A DNA stretch of 41,372 nucleotides, taken from NCBI GenBank assembly GCA_030592285.1, contig JAUVJU010000002.1, positions 1 through 41,372 on the forward strand, in the 5' to 3' direction. This document shows positions 17,165 through 25,896 of the stretch, one piece after another. The DNA comes from a candidate division WOR-3 bacterium. Lineage in GTDB: Bacteria > Hydrothermota > 32-111. Position numbers and translations under genes: made by a program. The number at the start of each line of letters is the position of its first letter. The first letter of the stretch is position 1. Under the pieces are notes generated by a model. The model was not told where the DNA came from. It did not search any database and was given only the letters and a program-made list of their open reading frames with translations.

Positions 17165-18118
17165 ATGAAACGTTTAATGATAATCACACTTCTTATAGTT
17201 TTCGCATTTGTATTTGTGTATCCACAAATAAACACAAGGGATGATAATGTGAAAAAGGAAGAGACAATAAGTAATACTGGGAATGGAAATGGAGAATCCA
17301 AGAGTAAAGATAAAATCAAGAACAAGCAAGAGGAAAAAGATAAGGACAAGGATAAAGATAAAGATAAAGATAAAACCAAGGATAAAATAAAGAATAAGCA
17401 GGAACAGAAAGATGAAGACAAAGATAAGGATAAAGATAAGGATAAAATAAAGGAAAAGACAAAAAAGAAAAAAGATGACAATAACGGAAACAACGGAAAC
17501 AACGGAAATAACGGGAACAACGGTAATAGCGGCAACAATGGCAATAATGGCAATAACGGGAACAATGGTAATAGCGGAAACAATGGAAACAACGGAAATA
17601 ATGGAAATAATGGGAACAATAGTAATAACGGGAATAACAACAACAATAATAATAATAACAATAATAATAATAACAATAATAACAATGGCAATAATGGACA
17701 TCACTATGGGCATGATAAAGATGATCAGGGACATCATTATGGCTGGGATAAGAACAAAGGAAAATATTATTACAGAGGCAGATACTATGGACCACCTCAT
17801 TATGGTGCATCATCAAGTTCATCTGGATGGTGTCTTTTGGGTTGTATGGGCGGAACATTATTTAATTGTGCAGGTTGTCTTGGTGTAACCGGATGTGCAT
17901 CTTGTTTAACACCATCGGCACCCATGATCATTATTGAAATGGATGATAATAAGCATACATTCAAAAAGGCATATGTATCAAAAACGAAAAATTCAAGAGT
18001 AAGATCCGCTTTTACCGGTGGAACAATAGGAACAATAATTAATACAGCTATAATAGTTGCTTTATCTATTAAATATACACAGGATATTAGCAATTGGATT
18101 GGCAATATACGATTTTAA
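17165..18118 (+). CDS. Secreted/membrane low-complexity protein (KD repeats, NGN repeats, poly-Asn, His/Tyr-rich, Cys-rich tail)
   Basis: A GGAGG RBS at 17155-17159 precedes the ATG at 17165. The signal peptide is MKRLMIITLLIVFAFVFVYPQ. It is followed by KDKIKNKQE-KD(KD)n twice, (NGN)n, 18 consecutive Asn and HHYGHDKDDQGHHYGWDKNKGKYYYRGRYYGPPHYG. The tail has GWCLLGCMGGTLFNCAGCLGVTGCASCL and a terminal hydrophobic helix. Confidence 0.65.
   Translation: MKRLMIITLLIVFAFVFVYPQINTRDDNVKKEETISNTGNGNGESKSKDKIKNKQEEKDKDKDKDKDKDKTKDKIKNKQEQKDEDKDKDKDKDKIKEKTKKKKDDNNGNNGNNGNNGNNGNSGNNGNNGNNGNNGNSGNNGNNGNNGNNGNNSNNGNNNNNNNNNNNNNNNNNNGNNGHHYGHDKDDQGHHYGWDKNKGKYYYRGRYYGPPHYGASSSSSGWCLLGCMGGTLFNCAGCLGVTGCASCLTPSAPMIIIEMDDNKHTFKKAYVSKTKNSRVRSAFTGGTIGTIINTAIIVALSIKYTQDISNWIGNIRF
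17306..17694 (+). repeat. In-frame coding tandem repeats (GAT-AAA type, AAC-GGN-AAY type and an AAY run)
   Basis: These are imperfect short-period DNA repeats. They leave all six frames open, which explains the four overlapping listed ORFs. Confidence 0.85.
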
Positions 18119-18343
18119 TCAATAAGAAATATGAATGACAAAGCGAAGAAAAGAACAATACTGGATTCCGTATCAAGTACGGAATGACAAAGAAAGAGAG
18201 CATTGCCCCTACAATATTCCTCGCAATGATCCTTCGGCAAGCTCAGGGCAGGCAGAAAGAGGGCACGGCACGCCGTTCCCCTACAATATTTATCACAATG
18301 ACAGCATTGAAAAAGCGGTGAGTTAATTGCATAGCATTTTTTC
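18119..18343. repeat. Mosaic repeat island I2 (hairpins and short direct repeats)
   Basis: A hairpin pairs attccgta (18165-18172) with tacggaat (18178-18185). gaatgacaaag occurs twice (18133-18143, 18182-18192). cccctacaatatt occurs twice (18206-18218, 18278-18290). There is an imperfect GC hairpin at 18261-18280. Confidence 0.8.
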
Positions 18344-20338
18344 ATGGTAATAGCAAAAATGAATTTTAATCTTATATCAAAACATAAACCATCCGGGGAT
18401 CAGCCAAAGGCAATAGAATCCATATTAGATGGTATTAGCAAAAAGAATAAATTGCAGGTTTTATTTGGCATAACAGGCTCTGGTAAAACATTTACAATTG
18501 CAAATGTAATTCAAAAATTAAATAAACCCACATTAATATTATCACATAATAAAACACTTGCAGCACAGCTTTATGGTGAATTCAAGACCCTGTTTCCACA
18601 CAATGCTGTTGAATTCTTTGTTTCATATTATGATTATTATCAACCTGAAGCATATTTACCTAGTAGAGATATGTATATTGAAAAAGAAGCAACAATTAAT
18701 GAAGAAATTGACAGAATGAGAATGCGAACAACAGCTTCATTATTTGCGAGAAAGGATGTGATTGTTGTGTCTTCTGTATCCTCCATATATACTCTTGGTG
18801 CTCCAAGTGATTATGCAACAGGTATTTTTAGTATTGAAAGAGGTGCAATTATTCCATTTGAGAAATTTCTGGATAAACTTATTACAATGCAGTATGAGAG
18901 AAATGATATTGATTTTAAGAGAGGAAAATTTAGAGTAGCAGGTGATACCATTGATATATTCCCTTCATATACAGATACACCATTTAGGATCATGTTTTTT
19001 AATGATGAGATTGAAGATATTAGGGAGTTGGACTATATTAATAACTCAATAAAAGCATCAATTGAAACGCTTATTCTTTACCCTGCCTCACATTTTGTTA
19101 CTCCACGATGTAAAATAGAAAAGGCAATTGTTGAAATAAAAAGTGAGCTCAAAAATAGAGTTAAGGAATTAAGAAATGATAGCAAAGAATTGGAAGCAGA
19201 GCGATTATGGACAAGAACCAATTATGATCTTGAATTAATGGAAGAAATCGGGTTTTGCCCGGGTATAGAAAATTATTCAAGATTTATTGATGGAAGAAAA
19301 GCAAAACAAAGACCATATACACTGATTGATTATTTTGGGAATGATTTTTTGACTGTCATTGATGAATCACATGTAACATTACCTCAAATCAGAGGAATGT
19401 ACAATGGGGACAGAGCAAGAAAAACCACTTTGATCGAATATGGTTTCAGGTTGCCCTCTGCACTTGATAATAGACCATTAATACTTAATGAATTTGAAAA
19501 TATTACAAATGAAATGATTTGCATGTCAGCAACCCCATCTGTTTATGAAACTGAAAAGGCAGATAATATTATAGAAATGATCATTAGACCCACAGGTCTT
19601 ATTGATCCTCAAATCATTGTGAAACCAGCAGAAAATCAGATAGATGATTTAGTAGAAGAAATCAATAAAATTATTAAAAATGATGAAAGGGTACTTGTAA
19701 CAACATTAACAAAAAAGATGGCAGAATCATTAACAGATTATTTAAAAAATAAAAACATTGATGTAAAGTATATGCATTCTGATATTAATACTATTGACAG
19801 GGTTGATATTATTAGGGGATTAAGATTAAAGGAATTTGATGTTCTTGTTGGTATAAATCTTTTAAGAGAAGGTCTGGATCTGCCTGAGGTCTCACTTATC
19901 GCCATATTGGATGCAGATAGAGAGGGATTTTTAAGGTCAGAAACAGCTCTTATTCAAACAATTGGAAGAGCTTCAAGAAATGTTAATGGAAGGGTTATAT
20001 TGTATGCCGATAATATTACAAAAAGCATGGATAGGGCAATAAACATTACTGAAAACAGAAGAAAGAAACAAATTGAACATAATAGAAAACATAATATTCA
20101 ACCAAAAACAATATGTAAATCAGCTAATGATATTTTGATTATTACAGAAATGGCTTCAAGGAAAAAAGAGGATATAAAAATATTAATAAAAACGGAAATG
20201 ATGTCAAATATTGAGAAATTGGAGATCATAGATAAAATGACAGAAAAAATGCACTCATATGCTGTGGAGCTGGATTTTGAACAGGCAACAAAATACAGGG
20301 ATATGATCAGGGAAGTTAAGAAAAGTATAAGATTATAA
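18344..20338 (+). CDS. uvrB: Excinuclease ABC subunit B
   Basis: Motifs are PSGDQPKAI, the Walker A GITGSGKT, DESHVT and the C-terminal UVR domain (ELDFEQATKYRDMIREVK). The true start may be the second Met, at 18359. Confidence 0.95.
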   Translation: MVIAKMNFNLISKHKPSGDQPKAIESILDGISKKNKLQVLFGITGSGKTFTIANVIQKLNKPTLILSHNKTLAAQLYGEFKTLFPHNAVEFFVSYYDYYQPEAYLPSRDMYIEKEATINEEIDRMRMRTTASLFARKDVIVVSSVSSIYTLGAPSDYATGIFSIERGAIIPFEKFLDKLITMQYERNDIDFKRGKFRVAGDTIDIFPSYTDTPFRIMFFNDEIEDIRELDYINNSIKASIETLILYPASHFVTPRCKIEKAIVEIKSELKNRVKELRNDSKELEAERLWTRTNYDLELMEEIGFCPGIENYSRFIDGRKAKQRPYTLIDYFGNDFLTVIDESHVTLPQIRGMYNGDRARKTTLIEYGFRLPSALDNRPLILNEFENITNEMICMSATPSVYETEKADNIIEMIIRPTGLIDPQIIVKPAENQIDDLVEEINKIIKNDERVLVTTLTKKMAESLTDYLKNKNIDVKYMHSDINTIDRVDIIRGLRLKEFDVLVGINLLREGLDLPEVSLIAILDADREGFLRSETALIQTIGRASRNVNGRVILYADNITKSMDRAINITENRRKKQIEHNRKHNIQPKTICKSANDILIITEMASRKKEDIKILIKTEMMSNIEKLEIIDKMTEKMHSYAVELDFEQATKYRDMIREVKKSIRL

Positions 20339-20430
20339 GAAGGTGGAATCTCCTGTGTCTGCACTAATGATGGGCGAACACACAGGTTCGCCCATACATT
20401 TATTTGCTTTTGTGATGGAGCAGAATAGAA
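20339..20430. repeat. Repeat island I3: GC hairpin plus an inverted X-module fragment
   Basis: A hairpin pairs atgggcgaac (20370-20379) with gttcgcccat (20386-20395) directly after the uvrB stop. tgtgatggagcagaa (20411-20425) is the reverse complement of the X-module prefix ttctgctcc.tcaca. Confidence 0.65.
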
Positions 20431-20487
20431 TTGAATAGCTGATAAGGAAATAATTGATGACAGAGAAAAATCTTTAGTTTTTTAATG

Positions 20488-20515
20488 TTGACTTAAATTG
20501 AATATATACTATAAT
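20488..20515 (+). promoter_or_regulatory. Sigma70-like promoter, TTGACT-16 nt-TATAAT
   Basis: TTGACT lies at 20488-20493 and TATAAT at 20510-20515, about 30 nt upstream of the 20545 start. Confidence 0.45.
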
Positions 20516-20544
20516 TTATTAACAAAAAATAAATAGGAGGAGTT

Positions 20545-21153
20545 TTGAAAAAACACACAATAATAATTATTTGTATTGCAGTTACAATGATTGTAACCAA
20601 TTGTACTATACTGCCATGGGTGCAGGACATTAATAATATCAGGGATTGGGTAACAATACCTGGAGATGGAAATGAGTATAGATATGAAACTAGAACTAAA
20701 TACTATAGTGAGGATAGTTGGCATGATCTTAGTGATTTCACAATAGAAATAACAGATATTGATGAAAAAAGTGATGCTATTTTAATTGAAACAAAATATA
20801 ATGATTCCAATAACAGGGATTATATTATTATTGATAAGGATGAAAATCTTATTGCATATAGTGAAGATGAATATATTGATGAGGATAATGATTTTATTAT
20901 TCTTAAAACACCTATTGAGGTAGGTAATAAATGGTATAATGATGATTATGATTTTGAAATAGATAAAATCGGAGAATCAATGGAAGTGGAAGCTGGAACA
21001 TATAATGATTGTATTGTTATTATATATACAAGTAATAATGCTAATGGAGAGATATGGTATTCTCCTTCAGTAGGAACATATATTTATGATGATTATGAAT
21101 TGGATAGCGGCTATCACTCAATTGTTGAATTGAAACAGATAAGAACAGATTAG
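20545..21153 (+). CDS. Lipoprotein, paralog family member 3 (unknown function)
   Basis: A TTG start lies 4 nt after an AGGAGG RBS. The lipobox-like sequence is MIVTNC. Motifs QDINNIRDWVTIPGDGNEYRYET and ILKTPIEVGNKW...FEI....VEAGTYNDC are shared with 2063..3386. Confidence 0.6.
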   Translation: MKKHTIIIICIAVTMIVTNCTILPWVQDINNIRDWVTIPGDGNEYRYETRTKYYSEDSWHDLSDFTIEITDIDEKSDAILIETKYNDSNNRDYIIIDKDENLIAYSEDEYIDEDNDFIILKTPIEVGNKWYNDDYDFEIDKIGESMEVEAGTYNDCIVIIYTSNNANGEIWYSPSVGTYIYDDYELDSGYHSIVELKQIRTD

Positions 21154-21178
21154 TCCTTTTAAATAAGTGAGGTGATTT

Positions 21179-22894
21179 ATGGAATTATTTTGTATAAGTG
21201 ATCTACCCAAATTATCTGCTGAGAAATATGGTGATAAAACGGCAATGCAAAGTAAAAGCGGAGATGGCTTTAAAACATATTCCTATAATCAAATCAATGA
21301 GTATTCTGATTATATTGCTGAATATCTGTTATCCAATAAAATCAGGAAAGGGGATTCTTTTGCAGTATTAGGAGAAAACAGACCTGAATGGGGTATATCC
21401 TATTTTTCAATTGCCAAAACAGGTGCATATATTATTCCCATAGATTCAATGCAAAAAGAGAATGAAATAAAGACAGCATTATCTTTCAGTAAAGCAAAGG
21501 GCATTATTGTATCTCCGCATTTTCTTGATCTAATAAAGGAAATCAAGGATGAATTACCGCATTTGAAATATGTTATATCTATGGAAAATGTTGAACATCC
21601 ATATGAAATATCATTTGAAGAAGCATTGAAAAATGGAGAGGACTTAAGAGCAAAAGGCAATAGAAGAATGGAAAAAGTTAACTGTGCACTTGATGATGTA
21701 TTTGCTATTATTTTCACTTCAGGAACAACAGGTGCATCAAAGGGTGTAATGCTTACAAATAGAAATGTATCCTATGATGTTATTTTTTCCGAGAAATTGA
21801 TTGAAATAACAGAGGAAGATAAATTTATCTCATTATTACCGCTTCATCATACATTTGAAGCTTCAGCAGGATTTCTCCTGCCAATGACATTTGGATGTAC
21901 AATTACATATGCACGCTCATTAAAATCCAAGGAGATCATTGAAGATATCAGAGATAGCGGATCAACAATGATGCTTGGTGTTCCACTGCTTTTTGAAAAG
22001 ATCATTAAAGGCATAAGAGGAGCAATTAAAGCATCGGTTAGCAAAAGAATGATTGTTGGATCAATGATGGGAATAGGAAGAACTTCGGAAATGTTATTTA
22101 ATATAAAAATGAGAAAAACAATGTTCAAATCCCTTAGAGAAAAATCGGGTCTTGGTACTATACGACTTATGATATCAGGAGGTGCTGCTTTGAAAAAGGA
22201 AGTTGCCGAGGGCTTTGAATCATTCGGATTTACTCTATTTCAGGGATATGGTCTTACAGAAACAAGTCCTGTTGCTACAATTAATCCTGCAAATGCCTAT
22301 AAACACGGCTCTATTGGAGTAGCTCTTGAAGGAGTTAGAATTGAAATTCATAATCCCAATGAAAAAGGAGAAGGGGAAATAAGGATCAAGGGTCCTATTA
22401 TAACAAAAGGATATTTGAATAACAGCAAGGCAACTGATGAAGTTATAAGAGATGAATGGTTTTATACAGGAGATATTGGATATAAGGATAAAGATGAGTA
22501 TTTCTACATTTCAGGTAGAAAAAAAGCATTAATTGTAACAGAGGCAGGAAAAAATATTTATCCTGAAGAGATTGAAGATAAACTCAATGAAAATGAATGT
22601 ATAGAAGAAACCCTTGTTCTTCCAATAAAAAACTCCAAAACAGGAAGAGAAGAGGTTGGAGCAATTATTTATCCCAATCCGGAATTAATTGAAAGAATAA
22701 TGAAAGAAATGTCAGAAAAGGAGGGAGAAGAGAAATTGAGAAGCAGGATTAATAGAGAAATCAAAAAGATTTCATTAAATATGTCATCCTATAAACGGGT
22801 TAAACGATTTGTATTAAGATATGAAGAATTTCCAAAAACATCAACTAAAAAAATCAAAAGATATTTATTTAATAATTTCTCTATTGATATGTAG
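21179..22894 (+). CDS. Long-chain fatty acid-CoA ligase (AMP-binding enzyme family)
   Basis: Motifs are the AMP-binding signature IIFTSGTTGASKGVML, then GYGLTETS and YTGDIGYKD. Confidence 0.88.
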   Translation: MELFCISDLPKLSAEKYGDKTAMQSKSGDGFKTYSYNQINEYSDYIAEYLLSNKIRKGDSFAVLGENRPEWGISYFSIAKTGAYIIPIDSMQKENEIKTALSFSKAKGIIVSPHFLDLIKEIKDELPHLKYVISMENVEHPYEISFEEALKNGEDLRAKGNRRMEKVNCALDDVFAIIFTSGTTGASKGVMLTNRNVSYDVIFSEKLIEITEEDKFISLLPLHHTFEASAGFLLPMTFGCTITYARSLKSKEIIEDIRDSGSTMMLGVPLLFEKIIKGIRGAIKASVSKRMIVGSMMGIGRTSEMLFNIKMRKTMFKSLREKSGLGTIRLMISGGAALKKEVAEGFESFGFTLFQGYGLTETSPVATINPANAYKHGSIGVALEGVRIEIHNPNEKGEGEIRIKGPIITKGYLNNSKATDEVIRDEWFYTGDIGYKDKDEYFYISGRKKALIVTEAGKNIYPEEIEDKLNENECIEETLVLPIKNSKTGREEVGAIIYPNPELIERIMKEMSEKEGEEKLRSRINREIKKISLNMSSYKRVKRFVLRYEEFPKTSTKKIKRYLFNNFSIDM

Positions 22895-23306
22895 TTTATC
22901 AATTGGATGTAATTATTCATTTTATAAGGGATCTTTACCATACAATAATCTAACAATTGATAAGATTATAAATGAAACATACTATACCGGATTAACAGAA
23001 AAAATGGAGAATGGAATTAATTCTATTATTCCTGAATATGGAAATGTTCAGATAATAGAAAATGGTGAAAGCATACTTAATGTTACCATTAATTCATATA
23101 GTAAGATCCCATCAAATTATGATACAGGCGGGAATATCATTGCATATGATTATTCCTTAAAATCATTGTTTGAGATGAATAATGAGAAGCAGATAATTAA
23201 TTCACGCAAAATTTTTTCAGCAGAACAATTGGAGGATGTTTGTCAGGATTCATTGATCAATGAATCAATAAAAATATTCATTGATAGAAGCAGGGAGGAA
23301 ATGTAA
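22821..23306 (+). CDS. Lipoprotein, possibly LptE-like
   Basis: The lipobox LSIGC is followed by NYSFYKGSLP, which resembles the N-terminus of FCB-type LptE. It overlaps the ligase gene by 74 nt, so the start is uncertain. Confidence 0.35.
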   Translation: MKNFQKHQLKKSKDIYLIISLLICSLSIGCNYSFYKGSLPYNNLTIDKIINETYYTGLTEKMENGINSIIPEYGNVQIIENGESILNVTINSYSKIPSNYDTGGNIIAYDYSLKSLFEMNNEKQIINSRKIFSAEQLEDVCQDSLINESIKIFIDRSREEM

Positions 23307-23363
23307 CCTTGACAATATCGTTATATAATGCTATTCTAACGAAAAAATCCATTAGGGGGATTT

Positions 23364-23654
23364 ATGACTAAAACAAAGTCAGATATTATTGATATGATAT
23401 CCGAAAAAACCGGAGTCATTAGAAAAGATGTTTCTCTTTGTATGGAAGAACTTATAAAGATTGTAAGTAAGGTTCTTGAAGAGAGAGATAGGATTGAAAT
23501 CAGAGGACTTGGCGTATTCAAGACAAAAAAACGCAATGCAAGAAAAGCCAAGCATCCCAGAACAGGAGAGACGATTGATGTTCCCGAGAGATATGTCCCG
23601 GCATTCAAACCGTCTAAGCTTTTAAAGGAAAGTGTTGAACAGGCAAACAAATAG
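23364..23654 (+). CDS. HU/IHF family DNA-binding protein
   Basis: It is 96 aa. The arm region is IEIRGLGVFKTKKRNARKAKHPRTGETIDVPERYVPAFKPSK. Confidence 0.88.
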   Translation: MTKTKSDIIDMISEKTGVIRKDVSLCMEELIKIVSKVLEERDRIEIRGLGVFKTKKRNARKAKHPRTGETIDVPERYVPAFKPSKLLKESVEQANK

Positions 23655-23663
23655 GAGGTAGCA

Positions 23664-23759
23664 GTGCCATGCGGTAGGAAACGAAAAAGAAAAAAAATTG
23701 CCACACATAAGAGAAAGAAGAGAAGAAAGGCAATGAGACATAAAAAGAAGAACAGATAA
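23664..23759 (+). CDS. Very small arginine/lysine-rich protein, bS22-like (AURKAIP1/COX24-type) ribosomal protein candidate
   Basis: It is not in the ORF track. An AGGAGG RBS at 23653-23658 precedes a GTG at 23664. The translation is (M)PCGRKRKRKKIATHKRKKRRKAMRHKKKNR, with a stop at 23757-23759. The composition and the KxATHKRKKR core match the tiny basic peptide family found in FCB and actinobacterial genomes. Confidence 0.6.
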   Translation: MPCGRKRKRKKIATHKRKKRRKAMRHKKKNR

Positions 23760-23769
23760 TATGATTGTT

Positions 23770-23842
23770 GCACCCGTAGCTCAATGGATAGAGCAGCGGA
23801 CTCCGGTTCCGCAGGCTGAAGGTTCAAATCCTTTCGGGTGTA
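23770..23842 (+). tRNA. tRNA-Arg (anticodon CCG)
   Basis: I folded a full cloverleaf by hand. The acceptor stem is gcacccg/cgggtgt, the D stem gctc/gagc and the anticodon stem gcgga/tccgc. The anticodon loop is ctCCGgt. The T arm is gaagg-ttcaaat-ccttt. CCA is not encoded. Confidence 0.93.
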
Positions 23843-23850
23843 TATTGCTA

Positions 23851-23879
23851 TTGACTTATTTATAATTTTTATATAAAAT
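23851..23879 (+). promoter_or_regulatory. Sigma70-like promoter, TTGACT-17 nt-TAAAAT
   Basis: TTGACT lies at 23851-23856 and TAAAAT at 23874-23879, upstream of the 23949 gene. The background is AT-rich, so this is weak. Confidence 0.35.
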
Positions 23880-23948
23880 TATATTTAATAAGATAATACA
23901 TTTATTAATAGACAGCAGAAAATTCTTAAACTCAAATTAGGAGGTAGA

Positions 23949-25814
23949 ATGAAGAAAGTTCTATTAACTTCACTTCTAGTTCTTGTAGTCATTTTTGTTT
24001 TTGCAGGTTTTGCAGAACATATGACACCTGAACTGAAAAATGCTAAGCCGGTTACAACAGGTACAAAGGATTCAATTGCCATTGCTGCTGGAGCAACAGG
24101 ATTATTCTATATTAATGGCGGCAGAGGAATTATGCCAGGTGTTATGACCAATATGGCATTTGACACAATAAGCGGTTATGTGCAGGCAATGGTTGCAACT
24201 TGTATGGATGATGTTGCCAACAAACATTCACCGAATTATTCTGTTTCAGCTGATGGCGGCGGAACATGGACAGCTCTTGTTGACCTATTCCCTTCAAACT
24301 GGTCTGATTCTCGTTCACTTTCAGCTATGGCAATATCTGAGGACGGCTATCCTTATGTAGCCGGTGTATGGAGAACTGCAACTACAAGAGGATCTTACTT
24401 TACAACTGATGATCTGGGACCAAATGGCGGAAGCTGGAGAAGTATTGCTCTTCTTAGTGATACAGTAACTTTTTGGAATAATTATCAGTCCATTGCTGTT
24501 AATGCATTAGGAGATAAGGTTGCATTCTTTGGCTGGAATGATTATTGGGCTTATGGAATTAATTCATCAGGTGATTACGGTGGAACATGGGCAACCAATA
24601 CACCCAATTATGATGAATTTAATCCTGACAGCAATCCTAATATGTATGTTTCAGATATCAGCACAATTCGCTGGGGCGGTGGTGATGATGTTTACTGTTT
24701 ATTCGGATTCTGTCCAACAGAAGATGCAGCAAGCTGGGGAACAACTTTTGGTTTATCAAAATCAACAGATGCCGGTGTTTCTTATGGTCCAATTACACCT
24801 ATATTTAATGGTAATTGGTGGCCTGAAGTACCTTCAATCAGTGGTGATACAATGTATTATATTATTGATACTATTGCAAACGGAGTGCCTGATACACTTA
24901 TTGTTAAAGCATGGATTGATAAAGCATTGGGTTACTGGGTTGATGATCAGGGTATTCTTGATGCAAGAGGATACGCTCCTGGATCATGGTGGCATTACTG
25001 GGATTTTGAATATTCAGATGGTTTCTTAATGGCTTGTTTACCATATTCAGATGTAACAATTGATTATGTTATTGATGGAGATCTTCATACATTTATTGAT
25101 AATTGGAACTCTATTATGTTTGGTCATATGGATGTTGGCAGCGGAGAAACCGAATTTTCATGGAATTATCTTGATCTGCATTCACCTGTTTTGGATACAC
25201 TTGGCACTGTTGCCACATGGAGAGGAATATCACCCGCTTCTCAGATTTGCTATGATAATAGAAATGGTGATATGTATATCATTTATGCGGATTATTATGA
25301 CACAGCAACAGGAGTTGCTTCCCATGACTTAATCAGATTTGATGGTGACTCTTTCTGTAGAGCAACAGATCCTCCTGTACTAAATTCAGGAATATCTAAT
25401 GCAATGTCAGCTCCTATTTATCTTGATGGAAGTATAATACATACTCTTTTCAGATCAAATACCGGAGATTCAATTTATTATATTAATGTTGATGTTGATG
25501 CTGTACCGGAATGGCAATTCTTAACAGGTATTGAAGATAGTAGAGAATTTGAGATTAATAATACAGTATTTTCTGTACCTTCCATTATTAGAAATGATTC
25601 AAAGATTTCATTCTCAATAAATGAAACCGGCAATGTAAAGATTGCTCTTTATGATGTTACAGGCAGAGAAGTCAAAGTATTAGCAAACAAGAGTTTTAAT
25701 ACAGGCACACATAGTGTTGCACTTAATGTCAATACAATGACTCAGGGTATCTATTTTGCAAGAATAATAACTGATACAAATAGTGATTCAAAGAAAATTA
25801 TTATTGTAAAATAA
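23949..25814 (+). CDS. Secreted BNR/Asp-box repeat protein with T9SS C-terminal sorting domain
   Basis: It has an AGGAGG RBS and a signal peptide. Asp-boxes are SADGGGTW, SGDYGGTW and STDAGVSY. The CTD is ISFSINETGNVKIALYDVTGREVKVL...GIYFARIITDTNSDSKKIIIVK. Confidence 0.75.
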   Translation: MKKVLLTSLLVLVVIFVFAGFAEHMTPELKNAKPVTTGTKDSIAIAAGATGLFYINGGRGIMPGVMTNMAFDTISGYVQAMVATCMDDVANKHSPNYSVSADGGGTWTALVDLFPSNWSDSRSLSAMAISEDGYPYVAGVWRTATTRGSYFTTDDLGPNGGSWRSIALLSDTVTFWNNYQSIAVNALGDKVAFFGWNDYWAYGINSSGDYGGTWATNTPNYDEFNPDSNPNMYVSDISTIRWGGGDDVYCLFGFCPTEDAASWGTTFGLSKSTDAGVSYGPITPIFNGNWWPEVPSISGDTMYYIIDTIANGVPDTLIVKAWIDKALGYWVDDQGILDARGYAPGSWWHYWDFEYSDGFLMACLPYSDVTIDYVIDGDLHTFIDNWNSIMFGHMDVGSGETEFSWNYLDLHSPVLDTLGTVATWRGISPASQICYDNRNGDMYIIYADYYDTATGVASHDLIRFDGDSFCRATDPPVLNSGISNAMSAPIYLDGSIIHTLFRSNTGDSIYYINVDVDAVPEWQFLTGIEDSREFEINNTVFSVPSIIRNDSKISFSINETGNVKIALYDVTGREVKVLANKSFNTGTHSVALNVNTMTQGIYFARIITDTNSDSKKIIIVK

Positions 25815-25836
25815 GGTTTCATATATTTAATAAAGA

Positions 25837-25867
25837 GGGGATAACGGGAGTTGTCCCCCTTTTTCTT
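25837..25867 (+). terminator. Rho-independent terminator
   Basis: The stem ggggataa (25837-25844) pairs with ttgtcccc (25851-25858), with one G-U pair. The loop is cgggag, and cctttttctt follows. Confidence 0.7.
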
Positions 25868-25896
25868 AACCTTTTTAATCAACAAGGAGAGTAGGT

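Noticed and set aside
17128-18105. Five alternative-frame or antisense ORFs overlapping the low-complexity gene (17128..17691 -, 17174..17800 -, 17316..17858 -, 17475..17888 +, 17800..18105 -)
   Set aside because: The first four are kept open only because the triplet-type repeats lack stop codons in every frame; the fifth (17800..18105 -) lies downstream of the repeat tract and is rejected simply as an antisense ORF with no RBS or signal peptide. Only the + frame from 17165 has an RBS, a promoter and a signal peptide.
18115-18345. Listed 63-aa (+) and 76-aa (-) ORFs upstream of uvrB
   Set aside because: They are made of short direct and inverted repeats. The same modules occur in both orientations elsewhere, which is incompatible with a conserved protein.
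23309-23329. TTGACA followed by TATAAT upstream of the HU/IHF gene
   Set aside because: The two hexamers are only 9 nt apart, too close for a sigma70-type promoter. A TATTCT at 17-nt spacing (23332-23337) is possible but too weak to report as a feature.
23336-23827. Listed 163-aa - strand ORF
   Set aside because: It is antisense to the HU/IHF gene, the bS22-like ORF and most of tRNA-Arg. Its low-complexity hydrophobic translation is typical of antisense reading of a Lys/Arg-rich region.
24178-25332. Three + strand alternative-frame ORFs (24178..24360, 24520..25029, 25060..25332) inside the BNR cargo gene
   Set aside because: They are out of frame with a gene that has a signal peptide, Asp-boxes and a T9SS CTD in one continuous frame. 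There is no sign of a frameshift.
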